Source: Pelagomonas calceolata | Lineage: Eukaryota | Direction: 5' to 3' | NCBI GenBank assembly: GCA_918797485.1 | Contig: CAKKNE010000004.1 | Coordinates: 2,170,001 to 2,234,000 of the forward strand | DNA: 64,000 bases | Part shown: piece by piece, positions 32,402 to 42,207 of the stretch | Numbering within the stretch: the first letter of the stretch is position 1 | Layout: each line of letters starts with the position of its first letter | Translations under genes and position numbers: made by a program | The notes under the pieces: generated by a model | Seen by the model: the letters and a program-made list of their open reading frames with translations, nothing else | What the model was told of the DNA's origin: nothing | Databases searched by the model: none

Positions 32402-35400
32402 TTAAAAGGTCGGCGACTCCTCGCCCTCCTCGGAGCCCGCGCGCATCCGCGGTGGCGTGAACGAAAACCCACCCGCCGCCTGGCCCGAGGCGAAGGTGAA
32501 GCCGCCGGGGCTCGACCCCGCGGGGCTCCCGCCCAGCGAGATGGCCGGCGGGCTGAACGAGAAGCTCGCCGCCGCGTCGGCGCCGTCCTCCTCCTCGTCG
32601 GCGTCCGTGACCCACGAGTCCTCGCCGTCGGAGCCCTCCAGGTCCGTGGCGTCGCACTCGTCGTCGTCGTCGTCGTCCTCGGAGTTGTCGTCGCCGCGGT
32701 GGGCGCCGGGCGGCGTCCGCGAGAAGCCGCCGGTAGAGCCGCCGAAGGAGAACGGCGTCTCGGCGAGCGAGAACTTGGTCGGGTCCTTGGGCCGGTTCGG
32801 GTTGACGGCCGCGGCGCCGAAGGAGAAGCCCTTCGACGGCGCGCCGTCGTCGCCGACGCGCACGGGCGCCGCCGCGGGCGCGGGCGCCGCGAAGCCGGAA
32901 AAGGAGGGCGCGGCGCCGCCGCCGAAGGAGAACGAGGGCTTGTCGCCGCCGCCGCCGAAGGAGAAGGACGGCGCGGGCGCCGACGCGGCGGCCGACGGCG
33001 CCGGCGCGGGCGCCGCGAAGGAGAACGACGGAGATGCTGTCGCGCCGCCAAAGGAGAACGACGGCGTCGCGGGCGCGGGGGCCGGCGCCGCGGGCGCGGG
33101 CGCCGCGCCTCCGAAGGAAAACGAGGGCTTCGCCGCCGCCGCCCCGCCGAAGGAGAACGTTGGTGCCGGCGCGGGCGCGGCGGCGGCTGGCGCGGGCGCC
33201 TTGGCGGGCGAACCGAAGGGTAGCTTGCTCGGCGCCTTGGTGGGCATCGGCGGATAGCCCGAGGCCTTGGCGGGCGCTGGTGCCGGCGCCGGCGCACCAA
33301 AGGGTAGCTTGCTCGGCGCCTTGGTGGGCATGGGCGGATAGCCCGAGGCCTTGGCGGGCGCCGGCGCACTCCCAAAGGGTAGTTTGCTCGGCGCCTTGGT
33401 CGGCATGGGCGGGTAGCCGCTCGACGCCGGCTTGGCCGCGGCCGGCGCGGGCGCGCCGAAGGATAGCTTCGGCGCGGCGGGCGCCTCCTCCGACGCCTTG
33501 GGCGCCCCAAAGCTGAAGCCGCCCGCGGTTGGCGCGGCGGGCGCCGGCGCCGCGGCCGGCGCCGGCGCGCCGAAGCTGAACCCGCCCGCGGGCGCCGGGG
33601 CACCCGCCGCGGGCGTGCCAAAGCTGAACCCGGCGGCGGGCGCCGGCGCCGGCGCGTCGGCCGCCGGTGCCGGCGTGCCAAAGCTGAATCCGCCCGCGCC
33701 GATGCTCCCCGCCGCCGGTGCCGGCGCCGGCGCGCCGAAGCTGAACCCGCCCGCGCCGATGCTCCCCGCCGGCGCCGGGGCTGGCGCGCCGAAACTGAAG
33801 CCGCCCACGCCGACGCTGCCGCCGCCAAAACTAAAACCGCCCGGCCCGACGCTGCCCGGCGCGCTCACGGCGTTGCCGGAGGCAGCGGCCTTTTGCGGCG
33901 CGGCCGGGTTCGGCGTCTCGCAGGCCGCGCACTTTGATGCATCCTTGTCGTTGCGCACGTCGCACACCTCGCACTTCCAGGAGCCCTCCTTCGCCGCGGT
34001 CAGCGACGCCCACGTCGCCGCGGCCTTCGACTCCGCCGCGGGGTCGTCGTCGTCGTCCGTGGCCGTGGCGTCATCATCAGAATCGCCGTCGCCCAGCACC
34101 CAGTCCACGTACCACTCCACAAAAGCGTCGCGCGCGACCGTCCCGCCCGGCGCGAGCTTGCGCAGCGTGCGCCGGTGCTCCTCCTCGCAGTACGTCGTGC
34201 CGAGCGCCTCCATGAGCGCCTGGAATTTTGATGAAGGCACGGACGTCGCACCATCGGCAACGGTGTCGAAGGCCTCGCGCGCGCTCTGGCTTTCCTCCTC
34301 GCGCTCCTCCGCGTCGTCGTCGGAGTCGTCCTCACCGACGTTCGCGCAGAGCGCGACGTAGTAGCGCGCGAAGGCCTCGCGCGTGATGCGGCCGGAGCCG
34401 TCGTCGACCTTGGCGCGCTGCGCCTCGAGCTCGTCGCCGTGGAAGCCCTCGCCCACGCTGTCGAGTAGGTCCTCAAACCGGTCAACTGGTACAACGCCGC
34501 TGCTATCGACCTCATCAAAGGCGCTCCGGGCCTTGGCCGCCTCCGCCGAGTCGCCGGCGGACGGCTCCGGCGGCGGCGCGTCCGGGTCGGCGCGCGGCGC
34601 GGCGTCCCACTGCTCCTGGGGCGACTTCGGCGCCTCGTCGGCGGGCGCGCCGAAGCGAAAGCCGTCCGCGCCGCCCGCGGTCGCGACTGCCGGCGAGCCG
34701 AAGCTGAAGCCGGCGGCGGGCGCGGGCGCCGCCGCGGGCGCGGGCGCGGGAGCCCCGAAGCTGAACCCTCCGGCTGCCGGCGACGCCGCGGCCGGAGCCG
34801 GCGCGCCGAAGCTAAACCCGCCCGCACCGATGCTTCCAGCCGGCGCCGGCGCCGGCGCGCCAAAGCTGAAGCCTCCCGCGCCGACGCTGCCGCTGCCAAA
34901 ACTAAAACCGCCCGGCCCGACGCTCCCGGGCGCGCTCGGAGCGCTCGTCGCGCCGGCCGCGGCCTTGGGCGCGGCCGGGTTCGGCGTCTCGCAGGCCGCG
35001 CACTTTGATGCGTCCTTGTCGTTGCGCACGTCGCAGACCTCGCACTTCCAGGAGCCCTCCTTCGCCGCGGTCAGCGACGCCCACGTCGCCGCGGCCTTCG
35101 ACTCCGCCGCGGGGTCGTCGTCGTCGTCCGTGGCCGTGGCGTCATCATCAGAATCGCCGTCGCCCAGGACCCAGTCCACGTACCACTCCACAAACGCGTC
35201 GCGAGCGACCGTGCCGCCCGGCGCGAGCTTGCGCAGCGTGCGCCGGTGCTCCTCCTCGCAGTACGTCGTGCCGAGCGCCTCCATGAGGGCCTGGAACTTG
35301 CTCGAGGGCACTTCCGTTTTTCCGTCCGCGACGGTGTCAAAGGCCTCGCGCGCGTTGCCGCGTTCCTCCTCGCGCTCCTCCTCGTCGCCACTGTCGTCGC

Positions 35401-38269
35401 TGGCGTCCGCGTTCTCGACCAGGGCCACGTAGTAGCGCGCGAAGGCCTCTCTCGTAATTTTGCCAGAGCCGTCGTCGACCTTGGCCCGTTGGGCTTCGAG
35501 CTCGTCGCCGTGGAAGCCCTCGCCCACGGCGTCGAGTAGGTCCTCGAAGCGGTCGACCGGTAATGAACCGCTCGTGGCCGCGTCGACGTCGTCGAAGGCG
35601 CTCCGGGCCTTGGCCGCCTCCGCCGAGTCGCCGGCGGACGGCTCCGGCGCCGCCGGCGCGGGCGCCGGGGCCGGGGCGGCGGCCGGCGTCGCCGGTGTCC
35701 CGAAGCTGAAGCCGCCGGCGGGGGCCGGCGCCGGCGCGCCGAAGCTGAACCCGCCCACGCCGCCGCCGCCGCCGAAGGAAGGGGCGGGCGCGGGCGCCGC
35801 GAAGGAGAACGACGGCTTGGCAGCGGCGGCGGCGCCGAAGGAGAACGACGGTGCCGGCGCCGGCGCGGCGGCGGCCGGCGCGGGCGCCTTGGCGGGCGAG
35901 CCGAAGGGCAGCTTGCTGGGGGCTTTCGTGGGCATGGGCGGATAGCCCGAGGCCTTGGCGGGCGCCGGCGCACTCCCGAAGGGCAGCTTGCTCGGCGCCT
36001 TGGTCGGCATGGGCGGATAGCCCGAGGCTTTGGCGGCCGCCGGTGCCGGCGCGGGCGCCCCAAAGGGCAGCTTGCTCGGCGCCTTGGTGGGCATGGGCGG
36101 GTAGCCGCTCGACGCCGGCTTGGCCGCGGCCGGCGCCGGCGCCCCAAAGGGTAGCTTGCTCGGCGCCTTGGTCGGCATGGGCGGGTAGCCGCTCGACGCC
36201 GGCTTGGCCGCGGCCGGCGCCGGCGCGCCGAAGGAAAACGAGGCCGCCGCGGGCGCGGGCGCCGCGAAGGAGAACGAGGGCTTCGCCGCCGCCGCGCCGC
36301 CAAAGGAGAACGACGGCGCCGGCGCCGGCGCGGCCGCTGGGCTGCCGAAGCCGAAGGTCGCCGGCTTTGCGGCCGGCGCTGGCGCCTTGGCAGGCGAGCC
36401 GAAGGGCAGCTTGCTCGGCGCCTTCGTCGGCATGGGCGGGTACGCCGATTTCGCAGCAGCGGCGGGCGCCGGCGCGCCGAAGGGTAATTTGCTCGGCGCC
36501 TTCGTGGGCATCGGCGGGTAGCTCGACTTCGCGGGAGCCGCGGCCTCCGCGACGCCGCACGCCGTAATCTTCACCGGTTTAGCAGGCGGCGTGCCTGCCT
36601 CGAACGCATTCAGTAATTCCAGACCCTCGACGACCTCCCCGAAGACCACGTGCTTGCCGTCGAGGTGCCGCGCGGCCGCCAACAAAATAAAAAACTGCGA
36701 CCCGTTCGTGTTCGGCCCGCTGTTGGCCATGCTCAGCAAACCTCGTCGATCATGGCGCATCTTACAAGCTTCGTCAGCGAACTTGCCGCCCTGCCAACAC
36801 TCGCCGCCCGTGCCGTCGCCCCTCGTAAAGTCGCCGCCCTGGGCCATGAAGTCGGAAATGACGCGGTGGAACGTTGTTGACGCGTAGCACCTTTTAGTCT
36901 TGGCGAAGGTGGCCTGGGAATAGCCGCCCTCGCCGGTACACAACATCCGAAAATTCTCGGCCGTTTTTGGGACCTTGTCGGCGAACAATTGTATGACCAA
37001 CCGTCCTAATTTTTCCCCGTCCTTCTCGAGCTCCAAGAAGCAGCGCGGCCCGGTGCCTTCCGCTTCCGGCGCTTGTTCCTGATATTTTTTCTTGAGCTGC
37101 GCCCAGAGCTCGTGCTCGCGGCCGGCGTACTTCTTGAGCGTCGCGTCGACCGTATCTAATTTCCCGGGGTTGTGCTTCTGGTAAAACTCCACGAGTTTCG
37201 CGCGGTGGTCCTCCTTTTCTGGGGTCTTCGCGCCGAACGTAGGCGTGGTGCCGAGCTTCGAGGCGGAGCCGAACGTGGGCGCGGCGCCGAGCGCCGACGG
37301 CGAGCCGAAGGCCGGCGTTGACCCGAGCGCCGCCGGCGAGCCGAACGTGGGCGCCGTGCCGAGCTTTGAGGCCGAGCCGAAGGTCGGCGCCGCGCCGGGC
37401 GAGCCGAAGCCGCCGAATGCCGCCGGGGCCGGCTTGGGCGCCGCCGCGGGGGCGAAACCGAAGGTCGGCTTCGCGGGCGCCGGGGCCGCCGCCGGCGCGA
37501 AGCCGAATGTGGCTGGCTTCGCGGCCGGCGCGGGCGCGGGCGCGCCGAACGGCAGCTTGCTGGGCGCTTTCGACGGCATGGGCGGGTAGCCGCTCGGCGC
37601 CGGCTTCGCGGCGGCCGGAGATCCGAAGGGGAGCTTGCTCGGTGGTTTGGACGGCATCGGCGGGTAGCTCGACTTTGCCGCAGCGGGCGCCGGTGCGGCC
37701 GCGGGACTGCCGAACCCGAAGGCCGCCGGCTTCGGAGCTGGCGCCGGCGCTGGCGCCTTCGTGCTCGACGCCTCGACCGCCGCCTCGGCCGCCTGCCGCC
37801 GCGCTTGTACTTGCGCATATACTTCGTCGACGGACGGCGGCGGCTCCGGCGTCTCGGCGATCGTCCTTTCCAGTTCTTTGCGCGCCTCCACCAACTTCCG
37901 CGCGACCGCCTCGGTTTCCTTTTTTATTTCTTCCCGTCTCAAACGCGCGGCCTCACGGTCCGGCCGCGCCGCCTCCCAGGCCAACCGCGCGCGCTGGAAC
38001 CGCTTCAGCTCGCCGCGCGTCTGCGGCTTGCTCACGGGCGGCGCCGCCTCGGGCAGGTCCGCGGCGACGTCCAGAAACGCCTTGAACGCGTCGGGCTGCC
38101 GCTTGTCCACGCTCGCCGCATCATCATTGCTCGTCTGTGTCGGTGCGAGCGCCGACCGCGCCTTCGACGCGGCGGCGGCGGCATGCGCGAGCGGCGAGGG
38201 CTGAGGCGAGATGTCCGGCGAGAGCAGCGACTGCTGGCGGCGGCGCCGTCTTTGTGGACTGATGAACAT
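32402..38269 (-). CDS. FG-repeat nucleoporin-like protein with cyclophilin domain, two RanBP2-type zinc fingers and EF-hand-like repeats (about 1955 aa)
   Basis: Dozens of FSFG/GFG repeats; cyclophilin FHRVI..FMAQGGDF..SMANSG..GSQFF..KHVVFG (about 36555-37050); W.C..C...N......C..C zinc fingers at about 33910-33985 and 34980-35055. Confidence 0.88.
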   Translation of the reverse strand: MFISPQRRRRRQQSLLSPDISPQPSPLAHAAAAASKARSALAPTQTSNDDAASVDKRQPDAFKAFLDVAADLPEAAPPVSKPQTRGELKRFQRARLAWEAARPDREAARLRREEIKKETEAVARKLVEARKELERTIAETPEPPPSVDEVYAQVQARRQAAEAAVEASSTKAPAPAPAPKPAAFGFGSPAAAPAPAAAKSSYPPMPSKPPSKLPFGSPAAAKPAPSGYPPMPSKAPSKLPFGAPAPAPAAKPATFGFAPAAAPAPAKPTFGFAPAAAPKPAPAAFGGFGSPGAAPTFGSASKLGTAPTFGSPAALGSTPAFGSPSALGAAPTFGSASKLGTTPTFGAKTPEKEDHRAKLVEFYQKHNPGKLDTVDATLKKYAGREHELWAQLKKKYQEQAPEAEGTGPRCFLELEKDGEKLGRLVIQLFADKVPKTAENFRMLCTGEGGYSQATFAKTKRCYASTTFHRVISDFMAQGGDFTRGDGTGGECWQGGKFADEACKMRHDRRGLLSMANSGPNTNGSQFFILLAAARHLDGKHVVFGEVVEGLELLNAFEAGTPPAKPVKITACGVAEAAAPAKSSYPPMPTKAPSKLPFGAPAPAAAAKSAYPPMPTKAPSKLPFGSPAKAPAPAAKPATFGFGSPAAAPAPAPSFSFGGAAAAKPSFSFAAPAPAAASFSFGAPAPAAAKPASSGYPPMPTKAPSKLPFGAPAPAAAKPASSGYPPMPTKAPSKLPFGAPAPAPAAAKASGYPPMPTKAPSKLPFGSAPAPAKASGYPPMPTKAPSKLPFGSPAKAPAPAAAAPAPAPSFSFGAAAAAKPSFSFAAPAPAPSFGGGGGVGGFSFGAPAPAPAGGFSFGTPATPAAAPAPAPAPAAPEPSAGDSAEAAKARSAFDDVDAATSGSLPVDRFEDLLDAVGEGFHGDELEAQRAKVDDGSGKITREAFARYYVALVENADASDDSGDEEEREEERGNAREAFDTVADGKTEVPSSKFQALMEALGTTYCEEEHRRTLRKLAPGGTVARDAFVEWYVDWVLGDGDSDDDATATDDDDDPAAESKAAATWASLTAAKEGSWKCEVCDVRNDKDASKCAACETPNPAAPKAAAGATSAPSAPGSVGPGGFSFGSGSVGAGGFSFGAPAPAPAGSIGAGGFSFGAPAPAAASPAAGGFSFGAPAPAPAAAPAPAAGFSFGSPAVATAGGADGFRFGAPADEAPKSPQEQWDAAPRADPDAPPPEPSAGDSAEAAKARSAFDEVDSSGVVPVDRFEDLLDSVGEGFHGDELEAQRAKVDDGSGRITREAFARYYVALCANVGEDDSDDDAEEREEESQSAREAFDTVADGATSVPSSKFQALMEALGTTYCEEEHRRTLRKLAPGGTVARDAFVEWYVDWVLGDGDSDDDATATDDDDDPAAESKAAATWASLTAAKEGSWKCEVCDVRNDKDASKCAACETPNPAAPQKAAASGNAVSAPGSVGPGGFSFGGGSVGVGGFSFGAPAPAPAGSIGAGGFSFGAPAPAPAAGSIGAGGFSFGTPAPAADAPAPAPAAGFSFGTPAAGAPAPAGGFSFGAPAPAAAPAPAAPTAGGFSFGAPKASEEAPAAPKLSFGAPAPAAAKPASSGYPPMPTKAPSKLPFGSAPAPAKASGYPPMPTKAPSKLPFGAPAPAPAPAKASGYPPMPTKAPSKLPFGSPAKAPAPAAAAPAPAPTFSFGGAAAAKPSFSFGGAAPAPAAPAPAPATPSFSFGGATASPSFSFAAPAPAPSAAASAPAPSFSFGGGGDKPSFSFGGGAAPSFSGFAAPAPAAAPVRVGDDGAPSKGFSFGAAAVNPNRPKDPTKFSLAETPFSFGGSTGGFSRTPPGAHRGDDNSEDDDDDDECDATDLEGSDGEDSWVTDADEEEDGADAAASFSFSPPAISLGGSPAGSSPGGFTFASGQAAGGFSFTPPRMRAGSEEGEESPTF
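33760..35660 (-). repeat. Internal direct duplication (about 820 bp, offset about 1071-1077 bp) within the nucleoporin gene
   Basis: Near-identical nucleotide copies at about 33760-34575 and 34830-35660, each encoding EF-hand-like pair, ZnF and FG block. Confidence 0.9.
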
Positions 38270-38703
38270 CGTTCTTTGCAACCCCTGATTGCAATTTGAG
38301 CAGCAATGCAGCCCTGGTTACGAATTGCCGGCTTGCAAAAATCCTAGTGTTCTTGTGACTCTAGCAGCCCTGGGATTATCGAAGCTCTGCTGCGACTCGC
38401 TGCGGATTTTGTGGCGCGTGCCGGAGTCCAGCGGCCTCGAACCCGTTTCGTCACTTGGCCTCTTCACCCTACTACTCGCCCGAGCGGCCGGCACCCGCCT
38501 GACGCTGCCGCGGCGAGGAGATATCCCAGCTCTGTGCCTGCTGGATTTTCCGTGCTCGTGCGGCGCGTGCTCGCCCACCGCTGCGATTTGAGCCGCTGCG
38601 CGCCGTCGCCGCGTGCCTCGCACCGCATCCCACCTCCCGACGTGCCCTCGACCCCACGCGCCGCGCGACCCTCGCGGACCGCCGCGCCGCCCGCAGATTA
38701 ATC

Positions 38704-38907
38704 ATGGCCAAGCCCGCCGCCAAAGCCAAGAAGGACTCCAAGCCCAAGTCGAAGAAGCCTCTCAAGGGCTTCATGCTCTTCTCGAAGGAGATGCGCCCCA
38801 AGGTGAAAGCCGAGGACCCCGACCTGACCTTCGGCGGCATCGGCAAGCGCCTCGGCGAGCTCTGGCGCGGCCTCTCGGACGCCGAGAAGGCCAAGTACAA
38901 CAAGTAG
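38704..38907 (+). CDS. Small HMG-box protein (NHP6-like)
   Basis: KKPLKGFMLFSKEMRPKVK...FGGIGKRLGELWRGLSDAEKAKY. Confidence 0.93.
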   Translation: MAKPAAKAKKDSKPKSKKPLKGFMLFSKEMRPKVKAEDPDLTFGGIGKRLGELWRGLSDAEKAKYNK

Positions 38908-39052
38908 GCTCTCTGTGTTGTTGGGAGCCCTGTCTAGAGCATACGCTCGACCTAAGATTAGCTTATCTACTACATGACAACACGGCGTGTGGGGGCCGGG
39001 GCGGGACGGGCGCGCGGTCCGCGTCGGCCAGGTGCACACCACAGAAAAAAAC

Positions 39053-39721
39053 TCAGGAGATGCCCGCGAGGCGCATAAGCTGGCGCGTGACGCACTCCTC
39101 GTCGTCGGACGACTCGCAGACGACGGGCGACGGCGACCGCCGCCGAATGGGGGGCGGCGGCGCGGGCGCCGGCGCGGGCACGAAGCCCACCGTGGCCTTC
39201 CAGTAGTCAACCCCATAGTCCGTCAGCAACTCGCCGCCCGTCGGCACCGGTTTCGTCACGACCAGTAACTGTGCTGGTCGGGAAGCGATGGTACAGGACT
39301 GGAAGGTCACGTTCGGCTCGTGGCCGACGCCTCTAAAATCATTAACGAAGCGCAGCTCGTTGCCCACCGACGCCGCGTCGATGCTCAACGACTCCAGATG
39401 CGGCACGTCGCTCTCCAACGCCAACACGTAGTGGCCCTCGACGTCCGGCGGCCGGACGCGCCCGACGTACTCGCCGACCACTTCGAAGGGCTGCCAGGCG
39501 CGCTTGGCAAACAAGCCGAAGGCGCCGTGGCACGGATGACGCGGGTCGTCGATTCTTCGAGGCGTGACGCCGGGCAGTCCAATAATGATTTTCGGCGGGC
39601 CGTCGTAGACGTTGCGGTCCGTGTAGGTCGCTTCCTCGTGCGGCCAGTGTTTTGGTGGTAACGGCGCGGCGTCGGCGTCGCACTGCTTGCTGTGCATGGC
39701 TGCAGCTTGGTTTGCAGCCAT
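39053..39721 (-). CDS. SET-domain protein
   Basis: GLFAK, VGEYVG, RFVND, PNV, GELLTDYG. Confidence 0.87.
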   Translation of the reverse strand: MAANQAAAMHSKQCDADAAPLPPKHWPHEEATYTDRNVYDGPPKIIIGLPGVTPRRIDDPRHPCHGAFGLFAKRAWQPFEVVGEYVGRVRPPDVEGHYVLALESDVPHLESLSIDAASVGNELRFVNDFRGVGHEPNVTFQSCTIASRPAQLLVVTKPVPTGGELLTDYGVDYWKATVGFVPAPAPAPPPPIRRRSPSPVVCESSDDEECVTRQLMRLAGIS

Positions 39722-40004
39722 CTTAGAGTCGTAGCGATGGCGCCAAGCGCAGAGGCCGTCAGTAGGTGTTAGAGGGATCAAAATGCCGCCCCTGCTTACG
39801 CGTGCACAGTCGTTATGCCCGCGGCAGCGCGCGCGCACAGCCCTCGACAGTGCGGGTGCTTGGCACCGCTGGCAAACTTGAGGCCTGCCAATCTCCGCAC
39901 ACACAGCGGTGCAGGCTAAAAGCGATCATTCACGCGTAGCATTCATAGCCACCTTTCATCACCTGCAGCAGCTTGCACGAACGCCCGCGCGACGTGGAGT
40001 AATC

Positions 40005-40730
40005 ATGCATCGGTCAGCACTCCTGCTTTGCCTTGCGGCCCAAGCGAGCGCATTTCTGCCGCCCGTGGCGAGACAAACGAAACACACGCGCGTCCGCGCG
40101 GCCGACGACGAGCCCACGTCGCTGGGAGGCGCCATGTTCAAGCAATTGTTCGGCGGCGTGCAGGAGGCCGTCGAGCGCCTGCAAGGCGGCGGCACCGATA
40201 GCACACGCGACGTGCGGTCGACGGACGTCGCCGCGGGCCGCGCGGCCGCGAAGAAGGAGTCCGGCGTCATCTCCGACATCGACAAGCGCGCCCAGTCGGG
40301 CGACGTCTCCTTCGAGGACTTCCTTAAAATAGGGAGGACCTTCAAGCAGTTCAAAGGCAAGGTGCCAGGGATGCCCGGCACGCTCACGGACGACCAGGTC
40401 CAGGAGACCCTGAAGAAATTTGAAATTCATGAGAAGATCGTCAATGCGATGACGGATGCGGAGCGCGCCGACCCGCAGATCATGCTTGACGACGTCGAGA
40501 ACACCGACGAAAATTGCCCCTTGATCCAGCGCGTCGCGAAGGACTCGGGCTGCGCGGAAAAGGACGTGGCGCTCTTCCTGGCGGACTTCGAGGCCATGCG
40601 CCAATCCACGCAGCGCATTGCTGCGGGAGAGGATCCCGACGCCGTCAACGCGGACATTGGCTCCTCGAACCGGGCCGAGCGGAGGGCCTTGAAGAAGCAG
40701 AAGAAGAAGAAGGGGGGCAAGCGGAGATAA
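40005..40730 (+). CDS. Plastid-targeted protein with stand-alone SRP54/Ffh M-domain-like region
   Basis: ASAF presequence; GDVSFEDFL, VPGM, IVNAMTDAERADP, RVAKDSG..V..FL..F..M; no NG GTPase domain. Confidence 0.75.
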   Translation: MHRSALLLCLAAQASAFLPPVARQTKHTRVRAADDEPTSLGGAMFKQLFGGVQEAVERLQGGGTDSTRDVRSTDVAAGRAAAKKESGVISDIDKRAQSGDVSFEDFLKIGRTFKQFKGKVPGMPGTLTDDQVQETLKKFEIHEKIVNAMTDAERADPQIMLDDVENTDENCPLIQRVAKDSGCAEKDVALFLADFEAMRQSTQRIAAGEDPDAVNADIGSSNRAERRALKKQKKKKGGKRR

Positions 40731-40740
40731 GTATAGCTTC

Positions 40741-41784
40741 TTAGGACTGGTCGAAGGTCCGGTGCGACGCGTACATCGCCGAGGACACGTCCCTCAGCAC
40801 GGGGTCCGCGCGCCACAGCTTCCGGTAGGCTCGAGCGGCCTGGGCCACGTCGGCATCGGAGTGGCCCATGATGTCCGCCACCGACGTAAAAGGGACCAGT
40901 TCCACGGTGTCCGGCAGGGCGTCGCCGTCGCGGCACGCGACGACGACGCAGTAGACGCGCACGCCCGTCACGGCGCCGCCCAGCGCCAACACCTCGGAAT
41001 TGTCCCGCAACCGCAGGCGCATGCCGAAGTGCACGACGAGCCGCTTCGGCAGATAGCTGAGCTGGGGCGCGAGCGGCACGCTGCTGCCTCTCGTTGGATC
41101 TCCTAATTGATAGATGGACGGGTCCATGTGGAGCACGTAGGCTCTACGTCGTGAGACAGGCAGTTCGCTGATTGCCGCATCTAAGCACGACAAGGTAGAA
41201 CATTTCAGGAGCGGCGAATTCGCGTCCAGCTCGTAGTCCGTGGGCTCGCCCGCCGGCAATGTGAGAGCCGACCCTCTATATTTATGCTTGTGCGCTTCAT
41301 GATCTTCGGGCCAGACGCACTGGGAGTCGAAGGGGCCCCGGCACACGATCCCCGATTTGATGATCCCGGGCGCGTTGCAGGCCTTATCTTCCGAGGCGGC
41401 GCATTTACTACAGTGCGGCGCGCAGCAGGCGCGCACGCCGGGCCACCGACCTTCGTCCGAGAGTAATCCTGTACTGCACACTTCGTTGCTTTTCTCGTGC
41501 TCCGGTCTCTCGGGATGACTGGAATGGCGGCCCGCTAGCTCATGGCTGAAGTCGTACTCGTTGCCGTACTGCGCGTCGTCGTCCCGCGACAACAGCAAGG
41601 GGTGGAGCCTCTTCTCCACGGCTCGCCTATTTTTATAGAGGATGCCGGCGCCCAGTAAACCGATGACGATGGCTATCTTAACTAAACCACGGTATCTTCT
41701 ATCAAAATACGGGTTCCTATACCTATACTTCTTCTGGGCGTACTTCAGGGCCCGCGCGTCGACCCAGGTGGAGCTACTGAGCAT
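40741..41784 (-). CDS. Type II membrane protein with Cys-rich luminal region, unknown function
   Basis: 347-aa ORF, N-terminal TM anchor, ACCAPHCSKC motif. Confidence 0.7.
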   Translation of the reverse strand: MLSSSTWVDARALKYAQKKYRYRNPYFDRRYRGLVKIAIVIGLLGAGILYKNRRAVEKRLHPLLLSRDDDAQYGNEYDFSHELAGRHSSHPERPEHEKSNEVCSTGLLSDEGRWPGVRACCAPHCSKCAASEDKACNAPGIIKSGIVCRGPFDSQCVWPEDHEAHKHKYRGSALTLPAGEPTDYELDANSPLLKCSTLSCLDAAISELPVSRRRAYVLHMDPSIYQLGDPTRGSSVPLAPQLSYLPKRLVVHFGMRLRLRDNSEVLALGGAVTGVRVYCVVVACRDGDALPDTVELVPFTSVADIMGHSDADVAQAARAYRKLWRADPVLRDVSSAMYASHRTFDQS

Positions 41785-42207
41785 GTTTTTTTGTTGTGGG
41801 CTGCCCTTCCTAGTGCTAGTGGTGTGTGGGGCTGCCGGAACGAGCGCGTGCGTGCAAAGTGCACTGCTTCAACGCGTCGATGGCGTGCAGCTTTCGGCGC
41901 GCAAAGGCTGTGTGCTGGCTTCGCCTTAAAAATTTTTGCATGCCGGTCGCGGGTTTTGTGCGAGAGCTTGCGGCCCGCGCACCCGTCCCGGGCGCACGAG
42001 CGACGACTAGATCGATCACGATCCAGCCAGACTAGGGCGCTGGGCTAGTACGTTTCGCGGTGCGGCCGGCGCCGCACGTTGGCAGTCTACGAGCTTGTAT
42101 CACGCTGGTCTCGTGAAAAGGCAGCCGAGACGAGCTGCCATTAGCATCTTGCCGGTCGAGCCGCGCCGCCGCCGCGACACGCGGCCGCCGGAACGTATAT
42201 TACTACC

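Noticed and set aside
32227..37818. Numerous long overlapping or antisense ORFs (also across other genes)
   Set aside because: Low-complexity Arg/Ala/Pro shadow frames expected from high GC3 codon bias.
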